Source of the DNA: an uncultured Acidobacteriota bacterium
GTDB lineage: Bacteria; Acidobacteriota; Vicinamibacteria; Vicinamibacterales; SCN-69-37
NCBI GenBank assembly: GCA_963730095.1
Contig: CAVSQJ010000001.1
Coordinates: 689,599-753,598, forward strand
Direction of reading: 5' to 3'
DNA: 64,000 bases
Of this stretch, positions 56,923 to 64,000 are shown one piece after another; positions within the stretch are counted from its first letter, which is position 1; every line of letters begins with the position of its first letter. The translations under genes and the position numbers were made by a program. The notes under the pieces are model-generated. The model had not been told where the DNA came from. It saw only the letters and a list, made by a program, of their open reading frames with translations, and did not search any database.

Positions 56923-57594
56923 CTATCGCGCGACGGCCAGCGCGAAGCGCTCGACCAGCCCGTCGCAGAAGATCTGCACGCCGACGGCCAGCAGGATGAA
57001 CGCGGACAACCGGAGCAGGATCGTCGTGCCCGTGCCGCCGAGCGCGCGGAGGACCGGCGTCGCAAACCGGTACGCCAGGTAGATCGCCGCCGCCGCGATT
57101 GACAGGCCCACGACGGTGCCGGCCAGCCCGAACGCCGTGTCGACGTTCACGCCGTGCGTGCCGGCGCCGAGCGTGACGGACACCGAAATCGATCCAGGCC
57201 CGACCGTGAGCGGAAAAGTCAGCGGGTAGAAGCTGCGCTGGCGGATGTCGGAGACGCCGGGCAGAGCGGTGGCCGACGCGAGATCGGTGTCCGTGTTCTG
57301 ATCCGCGGAGAGCAGGCGCCAGCCGGTCGCGCTCACGAGCAGCCCTCCCGCCATCCTGACGACCGAGACGGGCAGCCCGAAGAAGGCCAGGACGTACGAG
57401 CCGATGAGCGTCGCGGCGACGAGGAGCAGAAACGAGTTGCTCGCGATGCGCCAGGCGAGCGCCGTGCGCGTGGCCTCATCCGCGCCCGGCGTCATCGAGA
57501 GGAAGATCGGCGCCGATCCGGGCGGATTGATGACCGGCAGCAGCGCGGCCAGCGTCAGGATCGCGGCGCGAATGAAGTTACCGATGTGGTCCAT
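56923..57594 (-). CDS. MarC-family (UPF0056) integral membrane protein
   Basis: 223 aa from MDHIGNFIRAAILTLAALLPVINPPGSAPIFLSMT.. with six hydrophobic segments. It is the C-terminal part of the artefactual 1318-aa ORF. Confidence 0.85.
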   Translation of the reverse strand: MDHIGNFIRAAILTLAALLPVINPPGSAPIFLSMTPGADEATRTALAWRIASNSFLLLVAATLIGSYVLAFFGLPVSVVRMAGGLLVSATGWRLLSADQNTDTDLASATALPGVSDIRQRSFYPLTFPLTVGPGSISVSVTLGAGTHGVNVDTAFGLAGTVVGLSIAAAAIYLAYRFATPVLRALGGTGTTILLRLSAFILLAVGVQIFCDGLVERFALAVAR

Positions 57595-57662
57595 GAGCCT
57601 CTCGCGGCGCGTCCGCGACATCTCGCGGCGCCCGCGCCCGCCCGCGCCGTGCCTTGATGTCG

Positions 57663-58694
57663 CTACCGCGGCCGCGCGATTCCCAGCTTCAGCATCCGGC
57701 TGCGAAGGGTGCTCGGCTTGAGGCCGAGAATCTGCGCCGACCCGCGGCTGCCTTCGATGCGCCACCGGCAGTCCTCGAGCACGCGCACGATGTGGCGGCG
57801 CTCGACATCGACGAGCGTGCCGGTGCCCGTGGCGTACGCCGCGGCCGACTCGGATGGCGGCCGCCACCGATCGCCCAGCGTCAGCACGCCGCCCACGGAG
57901 AGAATGATCGCATGCTGCAGCACGTTCTCGAGCTCGCGCACGTTGCCCGGCCAATCGTACGAGTCGAGCGCGCGCATCGTCGCCGGCGGAATCACGTCGA
58001 TGCGCTTCTGAAGGGCCGGCGCGAGCCGGGCGACGAGATGGCGCACGAGCAGCGGCAGGTCCTCCTTGCGATCGCGCAGCGACGGCATCGTAATTGGAAA
58101 CACGTTCAGCCGGTAGAAGAGATCCGCGCGGAAGCGGCCCTGCCGCACGTCCGTCAGCAGGTCGCGGTTGGTCGCCGCGATGAGCCGCATGTCCACGTCG
58201 ACGGTCCGCGGGTTGCCGAGCCGCTCGATCTGCCCGTTCTGCAGGACGCGCAGCAGCTTCGGCTGCAGCTCGAGCGGCAGCTCGCCGATCTCGTCGAGGA
58301 AGATCGTCCCGCGGTTGGCCAGCTCGAACCGCCCGACCTGCGTCGTGTGCGCGCCGGTGAACGCGCCGCGCTCGCGCCCGAAGAGCTCGCTCTCGATGAT
58401 CGTCGCCGGCAGCGACGCGCAGTTGACGACGACGAACGGACGATCGCGGCGGCGGCTGCGCCGATGGATGTCGCGGGCGACGAGCTCCTTGCCCGTGCCG
58501 GTCTCGCCGAGCAGCAGTACCGTGGCGTCGGTTTCGGCGACCTGCTCGGATCGCGTCGTCACGTAACGCATTACGTCGCTGTCGCCGACGATGGCAAACT
58601 TGTCGCGGTCGTGGGTGTCCCGAATCGCACGCGCAGCCGAGCCATTGACGACGACGTCGTGCGATTCGTTCACGGGCAATCCTGCGAATGGCAT
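57663..58694 (-). CDS. Sigma-54-dependent transcriptional activator without a sensory N-domain (PspF-like architecture)
   Basis: AAA+ core: [26 protein letters not shown] and [13 protein letters not shown]-terminal Fis-type HTH: [21 protein letters not shown]. Only about 40 aa precede the AAA+ domain. Confidence 0.9.
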   Translation of the reverse strand: MPFAGLPVNESHDVVVNGSAARAIRDTHDRDKFAIVGDSDVMRYVTTRSEQVAETDATVLLLGETGTGKELVARDIHRRSRRRDRPFVVVNCASLPATIIESELFGRERGAFTGAHTTQVGRFELANRGTIFLDEIGELPLELQPKLLRVLQNGQIERLGNPRTVDVDMRLIAATNRDLLTDVRQGRFRADLFYRLNVFPITMPSLRDRKEDLPLLVRHLVARLAPALQKRIDVIPPATMRALDSYDWPGNVRELENVLQHAIILSVGGVLTLGDRWRPPSESAAAYATGTGTLVDVERRHIVRVLEDCRWRIEGSRGSAQILGLKPSTLRSRMLKLGIARPR

Positions 58695-58875
58695 GACCGG
58701 CTCCTACAGGGGGTGCCCGACATCTTGCGTCGGCTGGCGCGCCACGAGAGGTAGGACGTCGGTAAGTTCTCGCGACGAACGAGTAAGCCGCGAGTAAAGT
58801 GGGAGATCGAAAGAGCAAGCGGCGCCCGGCCAGAGGACAATGGCGTCGAGATCGATCTTCGAAGGAGAGCTCAGC

Positions 58876-60858
58876 ATGCGTCGCGTGATCGCGCTGTCGT
58901 TCGTGACGGTTGCCTTCGTTCCAGCCACGGCCCGGACCGCGGCGACGACTCCTTCCATCGACGATTTGATCTCGCTCAAGCGCGTCGCGGGCGTCCCGGC
59001 GATCTCGCCAGACGGGCGCCGGGTGGCGTACACCGTGCGCGAGACGAACTGGGACGAGGACCGGTATCAGACACAGATCTGGATCGCCGACGTCGCCACC
59101 GGCGTCGTCAAGCAGCTGACGAACGCGCCGAAGTCGAGCAGCGCGCCGGCGTGGTCGCCCGACGGCCGGCGCCTCGCGTTCGGATCGGACCGGACGGACA
59201 AGCGGCAGATCTACGTGATCGATCCCGCCGGCGGCGAAGCCGAGCGGATGACGTCGGGTGAGGAAGGCGCGGGCGCGTTCAAGTGGTCGCCCGATGGCCG
59301 GACGATCGCGTTCACCGCGACCGATCCCGCGCCCGATCGGCTGAAGGCGCAGGAAAAGATGTTCGGTCAATTCGACATCATCGGCCGCGAGCACCGCATG
59401 ACGCACCTGTGGCTGCTCGAGATCGCGACGAAGCAGATCAAGCGCCTGACGTCGGGCGATTTCACCGTGGGCGGTTTCGACTGGTCGCCGGATAGCCGCC
59501 AGATCGCGTTCGACCATCAGATCAACGGCGACAACGCGAACGGCGGGACGGCCGACATCTCGATCGCGACCGTGGCCGATGGTACCGTGCGGCCGCTCGT
59601 GACGCAGGCGGGACCGGACACGAATCCCGTCTGGTCGCCCGACGGCGCCCGCATCGCGTTCGAGACGCACATGGCGAATCCCTCGTTTTTCTACTCGAAC
59701 ACCCTGATCGCCATCGTTCCGGCCGCGGGCGGGACGATCGAGCCCGCGTCGAACACGTTCGACGAGGACGCGTCGATCGTCGCGTGGAAGGGCAGCGGCC
59801 TGTATTTTTCGGGAGATCAACGCACGGCGAGCGGCCTGTTCCGGCTCGACGTGGCGGCGCGGACGTTCACGAAGGTGCTGCCGGCCAGCGGAGAAATCGG
59901 CCTCGCGTTTTCCTTGAGCGCCAGCGCCGACGCCGTGGCGTTCGTCAAGGCGACGCCGACGTCGGTCCCGGAGGTGTTCGTGTCGGCGGGCGGCACGACG
60001 AAGCGGCTGACGTCGTTCGATGCGCAAACAGCCGACTGGGCGCATCCGACGCACGAGGTCATCACCTGGAAGAGCCAGGACGGGACGACGATCGAGGGCG
60101 TGCTGCACAAGCCGGCGGATTTTCGCGCCGGCGGGCGCTACCCGCTGCTCGTCGTCATCCACGGCGGGCCGACGGGCATCTCGCGGCCGATTCCGTTTTC
60201 GAGCACGAGCATCTATCCGATCGATATCTGGCTCGGGAAAGGCGCGCTGGTGCTCGAGCCGAACTATCGTGGTAGCGCGGGCTATGGCGAGAAGTTCCGG
60301 TCGCTGAACGTTCGCAACCTGGGCGTCGGCGATGCGTGGGACGTGCTGTCGGGCGTCGACGCGCTCGTCGCCCAGGGGCTCGTCGATCCGGCGCGCGTGG
60401 GCGCGATGGGCTGGAGCCAGGGCGGGTACATCTCCGCATATCTCACGACGCACGACAGCGCGCGGTTCAAGGCGATCTCGGTCGGCGCGGGCATTTCCGA
60501 CTGGATGACGTACTACGTCAGCACGGACATCACGCCCTTCACGCCGCAGTACCTCAAGGCGACGCCCTGGGACGACCCGGAGATCTACGCGAAGACGTCG
60601 CCGATGACCTACATCAAGGGTGCGAAGACGCCGACGCTCATCCAGCACGGCGCGACCGACCAGCGCGTGCCGCCGCCCAATGCCTTCGAGCTCTACCGCG
60701 GCCTCCAGGACGAGCACGTTCCGAGCGAGCTCATCATCTACCGCGGCTTCGACGGCGTCGGGCACGGGCCGTCGAAACCCAAGTCGAGCCGGGCGGTCAT
60801 GACCCACAACCTCGAGTGGTTCGACAAGTACTTTTTTCCCGACCGCCCTGAACGCTGA
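58876..60858 (+). CDS. S9 family serine peptidase (prolyl oligopeptidase/DPP type) with an N-terminal beta-propeller
   Basis: Start at MRRVIALSFV (GAAGGAG RBS). PD40-like repeats (WSPDGRRLAF, WSPDGRTIAF, WSPDSRQIAF, WSPDGARIAF). Catalytic GWSQGGY, with Asp and His further downstream (..HGATDQRV.., ..GVGHG..). Confidence 0.85.
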   Translation: MRRVIALSFVTVAFVPATARTAATTPSIDDLISLKRVAGVPAISPDGRRVAYTVRETNWDEDRYQTQIWIADVATGVVKQLTNAPKSSSAPAWSPDGRRLAFGSDRTDKRQIYVIDPAGGEAERMTSGEEGAGAFKWSPDGRTIAFTATDPAPDRLKAQEKMFGQFDIIGREHRMTHLWLLEIATKQIKRLTSGDFTVGGFDWSPDSRQIAFDHQINGDNANGGTADISIATVADGTVRPLVTQAGPDTNPVWSPDGARIAFETHMANPSFFYSNTLIAIVPAAGGTIEPASNTFDEDASIVAWKGSGLYFSGDQRTASGLFRLDVAARTFTKVLPASGEIGLAFSLSASADAVAFVKATPTSVPEVFVSAGGTTKRLTSFDAQTADWAHPTHEVITWKSQDGTTIEGVLHKPADFRAGGRYPLLVVIHGGPTGISRPIPFSSTSIYPIDIWLGKGALVLEPNYRGSAGYGEKFRSLNVRNLGVGDAWDVLSGVDALVAQGLVDPARVGAMGWSQGGYISAYLTTHDSARFKAISVGAGISDWMTYYVSTDITPFTPQYLKATPWDDPEIYAKTSPMTYIKGAKTPTLIQHGATDQRVPPPNAFELYRGLQDEHVPSELIIYRGFDGVGHGPSKPKSSRAVMTHNLEWFDKYFFPDRPER

Positions 60859-60961
60859 CACCGTTTTCGCCCGATACAAAAGGACGGATGACGGTGTACT
60901 ATTCTTGGCTGGCGTCTGCCGATGAGCGTCGGGCGTCCGTCCCTGACTCGCTGGCTGTCAC

Positions 60962-62023
60962 ATGAATAACGAGATCGAATTGTCCGACTCCGCACGATCC
61001 GGAGCTACCGTGAACTGGAAAGAGGTCGTGGCGCGCTATCAGACGCCGTCGGTCGCGCGCGGGACCTATCAGGTGGCGAACACCCTGATTCCGTACGTGG
61101 CGCTCTGGGCGGTGATGTATTTCGCGAAAGACGTGTCGTGGTGGCTCGTCGCGCCGCTCGCCGTGCTCGCCGCGGGCTTCCTGGTGCGGCTCTTCATCAT
61201 TCATCACGACTGCGGCCACGGGTCGTTCTTCAAGTCGCGCCGGGCGAACGACACGCTGGGCTTCATCACAGGCGTGCTGACGTTCACGCCGTACGATCAC
61301 TGGCGCTGGGAGCACGCGCTCCATCACGCGACGTCGAGCGATCTCGATCGGCGCGGCATGGGCGACATCTGGACGCTCACCGTGCAGGAGTACCTCGAGT
61401 CCTCGCGCTGGCGGCGCTTCGCGTACCGCCTCGCGCGCAATCCCGTGATTCTGTTCGTCATCGCGCCGCTCTATCTCTTCCTCATCCAGCATCGCTTCGC
61501 GCGCGACGGCGCGAACCGCCGCGAGCGCGAATCGGTCTACTGGACCAACCTTGGTATCTGCGGCGTCGCCGCAGGCGTGAGCTGGATCTTCGGGCTCGAG
61601 ACCTACCTGATCATTCAGTTCATCATCATGGCCGTCGCCGGCGCCGCCGGCGTGTGGCTGTTCTACGTGCAGCATCAGTTCGAGGGCGTCTACTGGGAGC
61701 GCGAGGCGGAGTGGGATTACGTGAGCGCGGCGCTCCAGGGCAGCTCGTTCTACAAGCTGCCGAAAGTCCTCCAGTGGTTCTCGGGCAACATCGGCTTCCA
61801 CCACATCCATCACCTGAGCTCGCGCATTCCGAACTACCACCTCGAGCGCTGCCACGAAGCGGAGCCGCTCTTCCAGGCGGTGCGGCCCGTGACGCTCATC
61901 GAGAGCCTCCGCTCGTTCACGTTCCGGCTCTGGGACGAACAGCGCCGGCGGCTCGTCGGCTACGGCCACCTGCGCGCGATCCGTCGCGCGCAGCGCCAGG
62001 CCAGCCGACGGCAGGTGGCGTAG
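60962..62023 (+). CDS. Membrane fatty-acid desaturase
   Basis: Three His boxes: HDCGHGS, HALHH and HHIHH. Confidence 0.9.
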   Translation: MNNEIELSDSARSGATVNWKEVVARYQTPSVARGTYQVANTLIPYVALWAVMYFAKDVSWWLVAPLAVLAAGFLVRLFIIHHDCGHGSFFKSRRANDTLGFITGVLTFTPYDHWRWEHALHHATSSDLDRRGMGDIWTLTVQEYLESSRWRRFAYRLARNPVILFVIAPLYLFLIQHRFARDGANRRERESVYWTNLGICGVAAGVSWIFGLETYLIIQFIIMAVAGAAGVWLFYVQHQFEGVYWEREAEWDYVSAALQGSSFYKLPKVLQWFSGNIGFHHIHHLSSRIPNYHLERCHEAEPLFQAVRPVTLIESLRSFTFRLWDEQRRRLVGYGHLRAIRRAQRQASRRQVA

Positions 62024-62056
62024 ACGGGTACGACAGGTACGTCGGGGTACGACGGG
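62024..62056. repeat. Imperfect 9-bp-periodic block (ACGGGTACG-like, about 3.5 units); left arm of an inverted repeat
   Basis: ACGGGTACGACAGGTACGTCGGGGTACGACGGG is about 28/33 complementary to the block at 62133..62165. Confidence 0.6.
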
Positions 62057-62105
62057 CGCCAGGAACGTACTATCGCTGGCCAACATTCTTTACTTTCGAA
62101 CCAAA

Positions 62106-62128
62106 GAAGCTGACAGGAATGCAGCTTC
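62106..62128 (-). terminator. Hairpin GAAGCTG..CAGCTTC followed on the minus strand by TTTGGTT; likely terminator for the MoeZ-like gene
   Basis: 7-bp perfect stem with a 9-nt loop, in the AT-richer spacer between convergent genes. Confidence 0.45.
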
Positions 62129-62132
62129 CTCC

Positions 62133-62165
62133 TACCCGACGTACCCGACGTACCCGACGTACCCG
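62133..62165. repeat. Perfect tandem repeat TACCCGACG x3 plus TACCCG; right arm of the inverted repeat
   Basis: Read directly from the sequence. It ends 1 nt before the stop codon of the minus-strand gene. Confidence 0.8.
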
Positions 62166-63629
62166 TCAGTATTTCGGCAGTGTCGGATCGACTGCCGCGA
62201 TCCACGCCAGAATCCCGCCCGTGAGGTTGCTGGCGCGCGCGTAGCCGTGCTGGCGGAGCAGGGCGACGGCCTTGGCGCTGCGGCCGCCCATCTTGCAGTG
62301 CACGACGATGTCCGGCGCGTCGGGGCCTGAGGGAATCTCGGCGAGGCGCTTCGGTAGCTCGCCGAGCGGAATCAACGTCGAGCCGGGAATGCGGCAGATG
62401 TCGAACTCGCGCGGCTCGCGCACATCCAGAATCCACGTCGGCGTGCCGCGGTCCAGGCGCGCCTTGAGCTCCTCGACCGTGATCTCCGGTTCGGTCGACG
62501 CCGCCGCCGCGGTCGCGGCCGGCGCGACGCCGCAGAACTGCTCGTAGTCGATGAGCGCCTTGATCGTCGGCCGATCGCCGCAGATCGGACACGCCGGATC
62601 GCGCCGCAGCTTCACCGTGCGGAACTCCATCGTCAGCGCGTCGAGCAGCAGGAGCCGGCCCGCGAGCGTCTGTCCGGCGCCGGTGATGATCTTGATCGCT
62701 TCGGTCGCCTGGATCGTGCCGACCAGCCCCGGCAGGACGCCGAGCACGCCGCCCTCGGCGCAGCTCGGCACGAGGCCCGGGGGCGGCGGCTCCGGATAGA
62801 GGCAGCGGTAGCACGGGCCGTCCTTCGTCGCGAAGACCGAGGCCTGTCCATCGAACCGGAAGATGCTGCCGTACGCGTTCGGCTTGCCGAGCAGCACGCA
62901 GGCGTCGTTGACGAGGTAGCGCGTCGGGAAATTGTCCGCGCCGTCGACGATGACGTCGTACTGCGCGAAAAGATCTCGAGCGCGTTCGCCGACGTCAGCC
63001 GCGTTTCGTGCTCGACGACGCGCACGTTCGGATTGAGGTCGACGTGAGCCGTTCGGCGGCCGCCGCGAGCTTGCGGCCGACCGACGTCCGCCGTCGATGT
63101 ACAGGATCTGCCGCTGCAGGTTGCTGAAATCGACCGTGTCGAAATCCACCAACCCGAGCGTGCCGACGCCCGCGGCCGTGAGGTAGAGCGAGGCCGGCGA
63201 ACCCAGGCCGCCGGCGCCGATGCAAAGCACGCGCGCGGCCTTCAGGCGCTTCTGACCCTCGACGCCGATCTCCGGCATGATGAGGTGCCGACTGTAGCGC
63301 CGGACCTCTTCATGCGAGAGCGCCGCTGGGTCGGCCGGCGCCGCCACCGCGTCCGTGCCGCCGGCGACCGACGGCACGATGCTCACGGTGTCCGCCGCGC
63401 CGACCGCCGTCCGCTCGCGATCCAGATACCGCACGTCCTCGTCGTTCACGTACACGTTGACGAAGCTGCGCAGCGATCCATCCGACGCAAACAGATGCGG
63501 CTTCAGATCGACGTACTCGCTCGTCAGGCGATCGAGGACCTGTCCAACCGTGGCGCCCTCGACGTGGACGACGGCCTGCTGGGCCGTGAACGGCCGGAGG
63601 GGCGTGGGAATGCGAACGGTTACGGGCAT
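62166..63629 (-). pseudogene. CysO/ThiS-like Ubl (GG at aa 90-91) fused to a MoeZ/MoeB-type E1 adenylyltransferase and a C-terminal rhodanese; about 45 codons internally out of frame
   Basis: The Ubl domain reads MPVTVRIPTPLRPFT..FVNVYVNDEDVRYL..TVSIVPSVAGG. The E1 domain reads RYSRHLIMPEIG..VLCIGAGGLGSP..CYRCLYPEPP..CPICG. The rhodanese domain reads VVHCKMGGRS. The middle segment is nonsense in the long ORF, while ORFs 62995..63225 and 62633..63025 read GRKLAAAAERLT and VRVVEHETRLTSANALEIF. Confidence 0.85.
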
Positions 63630-64000
63630 GACGGGCTCCTTGGAGTCGAAAGGGTGACGAGCTCTTCAACGTACGCGCTGCGGTCCGGCCGCAGGCGCCA
63701 GGATCGCAGCTCGGCGTCGCGTCCGGCGCGGACCGAGACGATCGCGTAGCTGAGATTGGGCCACGCGTGCTCCAGGTCGAATGCGGAGGGCACGGCCGGG
63801 TGGTCCGGATGCGAATGGTAGAAGCCGAGCAGCTCGCGGCTGGTCTCGGACGCGCGCTGCTCGGCCCGCCGGTAGTCATCGGGCGTGACGGCAAATCGCC
63901 GCCGGCGCTCGCCGTCGAAGCGATTGTCGAGCGCGAGCGTGTCGTCGACGACGCCCGCGCGCGGCCCAAGCAGGGCGCCGCAGCACTCGTCGGGATACGC
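63620..64000 (-). CDS. JAMM/MPN+ metalloprotease (Mec/Mov34-like), N-terminus outside the window
   Basis: My translation is AYPDECCGALLG..ELLGFYHSHPDHPAVPSAFD (E..HxHx7Sx2D JAMM motif)..stop TAA at 63620-63622. It overlaps the downstream ATG (63629) by 10 nt, and an AAGGAG RBS lies inside its 3' end. It is not in the ORF track because the start lies outside the window. Confidence 0.85.
   Translation of the reverse strand, partial: AYPDECCGALLGPRAGVVDDTLALDNRFDGERRRRFAVTPDDYRRAEQRASETSRELLGFYHSHPDHPAVPSAFDLEHAWPNLSYAIVSVRAGRDAELRSWRLRPDRSAYVEELVTLSTPRSPSCP

Noticed and set aside
57595-57662. Sigma-54 promoter-like AAGGCACGGCGCGGGCG upstream of MarC, and GGTGCC..TCTTGC upstream of the S9 gene (58710-58735).
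   Set aside because: The GG-to-GC spacing is off by 1 and 3-4 nt respectively, and such GC-rich near-matches are expected by chance.
1-64000. Search for CRISPR arrays, tRNA/rRNA genes, IS elements, integrases, phage or defence-system genes.
   Set aside because: I saw no regularly spaced direct repeats, no tRNA-like T-arm (GGTTCGA) in intergenic DNA, and no transposase, recombinase, nuclease or methylase-like ORFs. The only repeat structure is at 62024-62165.

Overview
GC-rich bacterial chromosomal segment. The gene content (ADOP permeases with PadR partners, an acidobacterial-type VWFA protein) suggests an Acidobacteria-like soil bacterium; that assignment is inference. About 48 protein-coding features tile almost the whole window. 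I found no rRNA, tRNA, CRISPR array, transposase or integrase. The dominant theme is six ADOP-type duplicated MacB/FtsX permeases between 1.2 and 36.6 kb. Five of them are tightly coupled to their own PadR regulator, and none has an ABC ATPase nearby. Other content: secreted hydrolases (M28, M14 and S9 peptidases, GH127, multicopper oxidase, PLC/AcpA-type phosphoesterase), a TonB-dependent receptor, and several signalling units (NarX/NarL-like, FixL/FixJ-like with MASE1, a wHTH-ATPase, a domain-less sigma54 activator). The modules I rate most worth follow-up are (1) the PadR-ADOP array with a helical prefix domain, (2) a Gram-negative-type sortase with an adjacent LPKTAS-tailed substrate, (3) a JAMM(Mec-like) gene overlapping a CysO-like Ubl fused to a MoeZ-type E1-rhodanese at the right edge, and (4) a GG-terminated MoaD/BNR-propeller/duplicated-domain operon. 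Seven genes have broken reading frames, judged by colinear homologous protein segments in different frames of the ORF track. One S45 acylase carries about 11-12 frameshifts and two in-frame TAGs. Two genes have clusters of net-zero frameshifts. From sequence alone I cannot separate genuine decay from assembly indel errors. All internal start coordinates are derived from the ORF track and may be off by a few nt.
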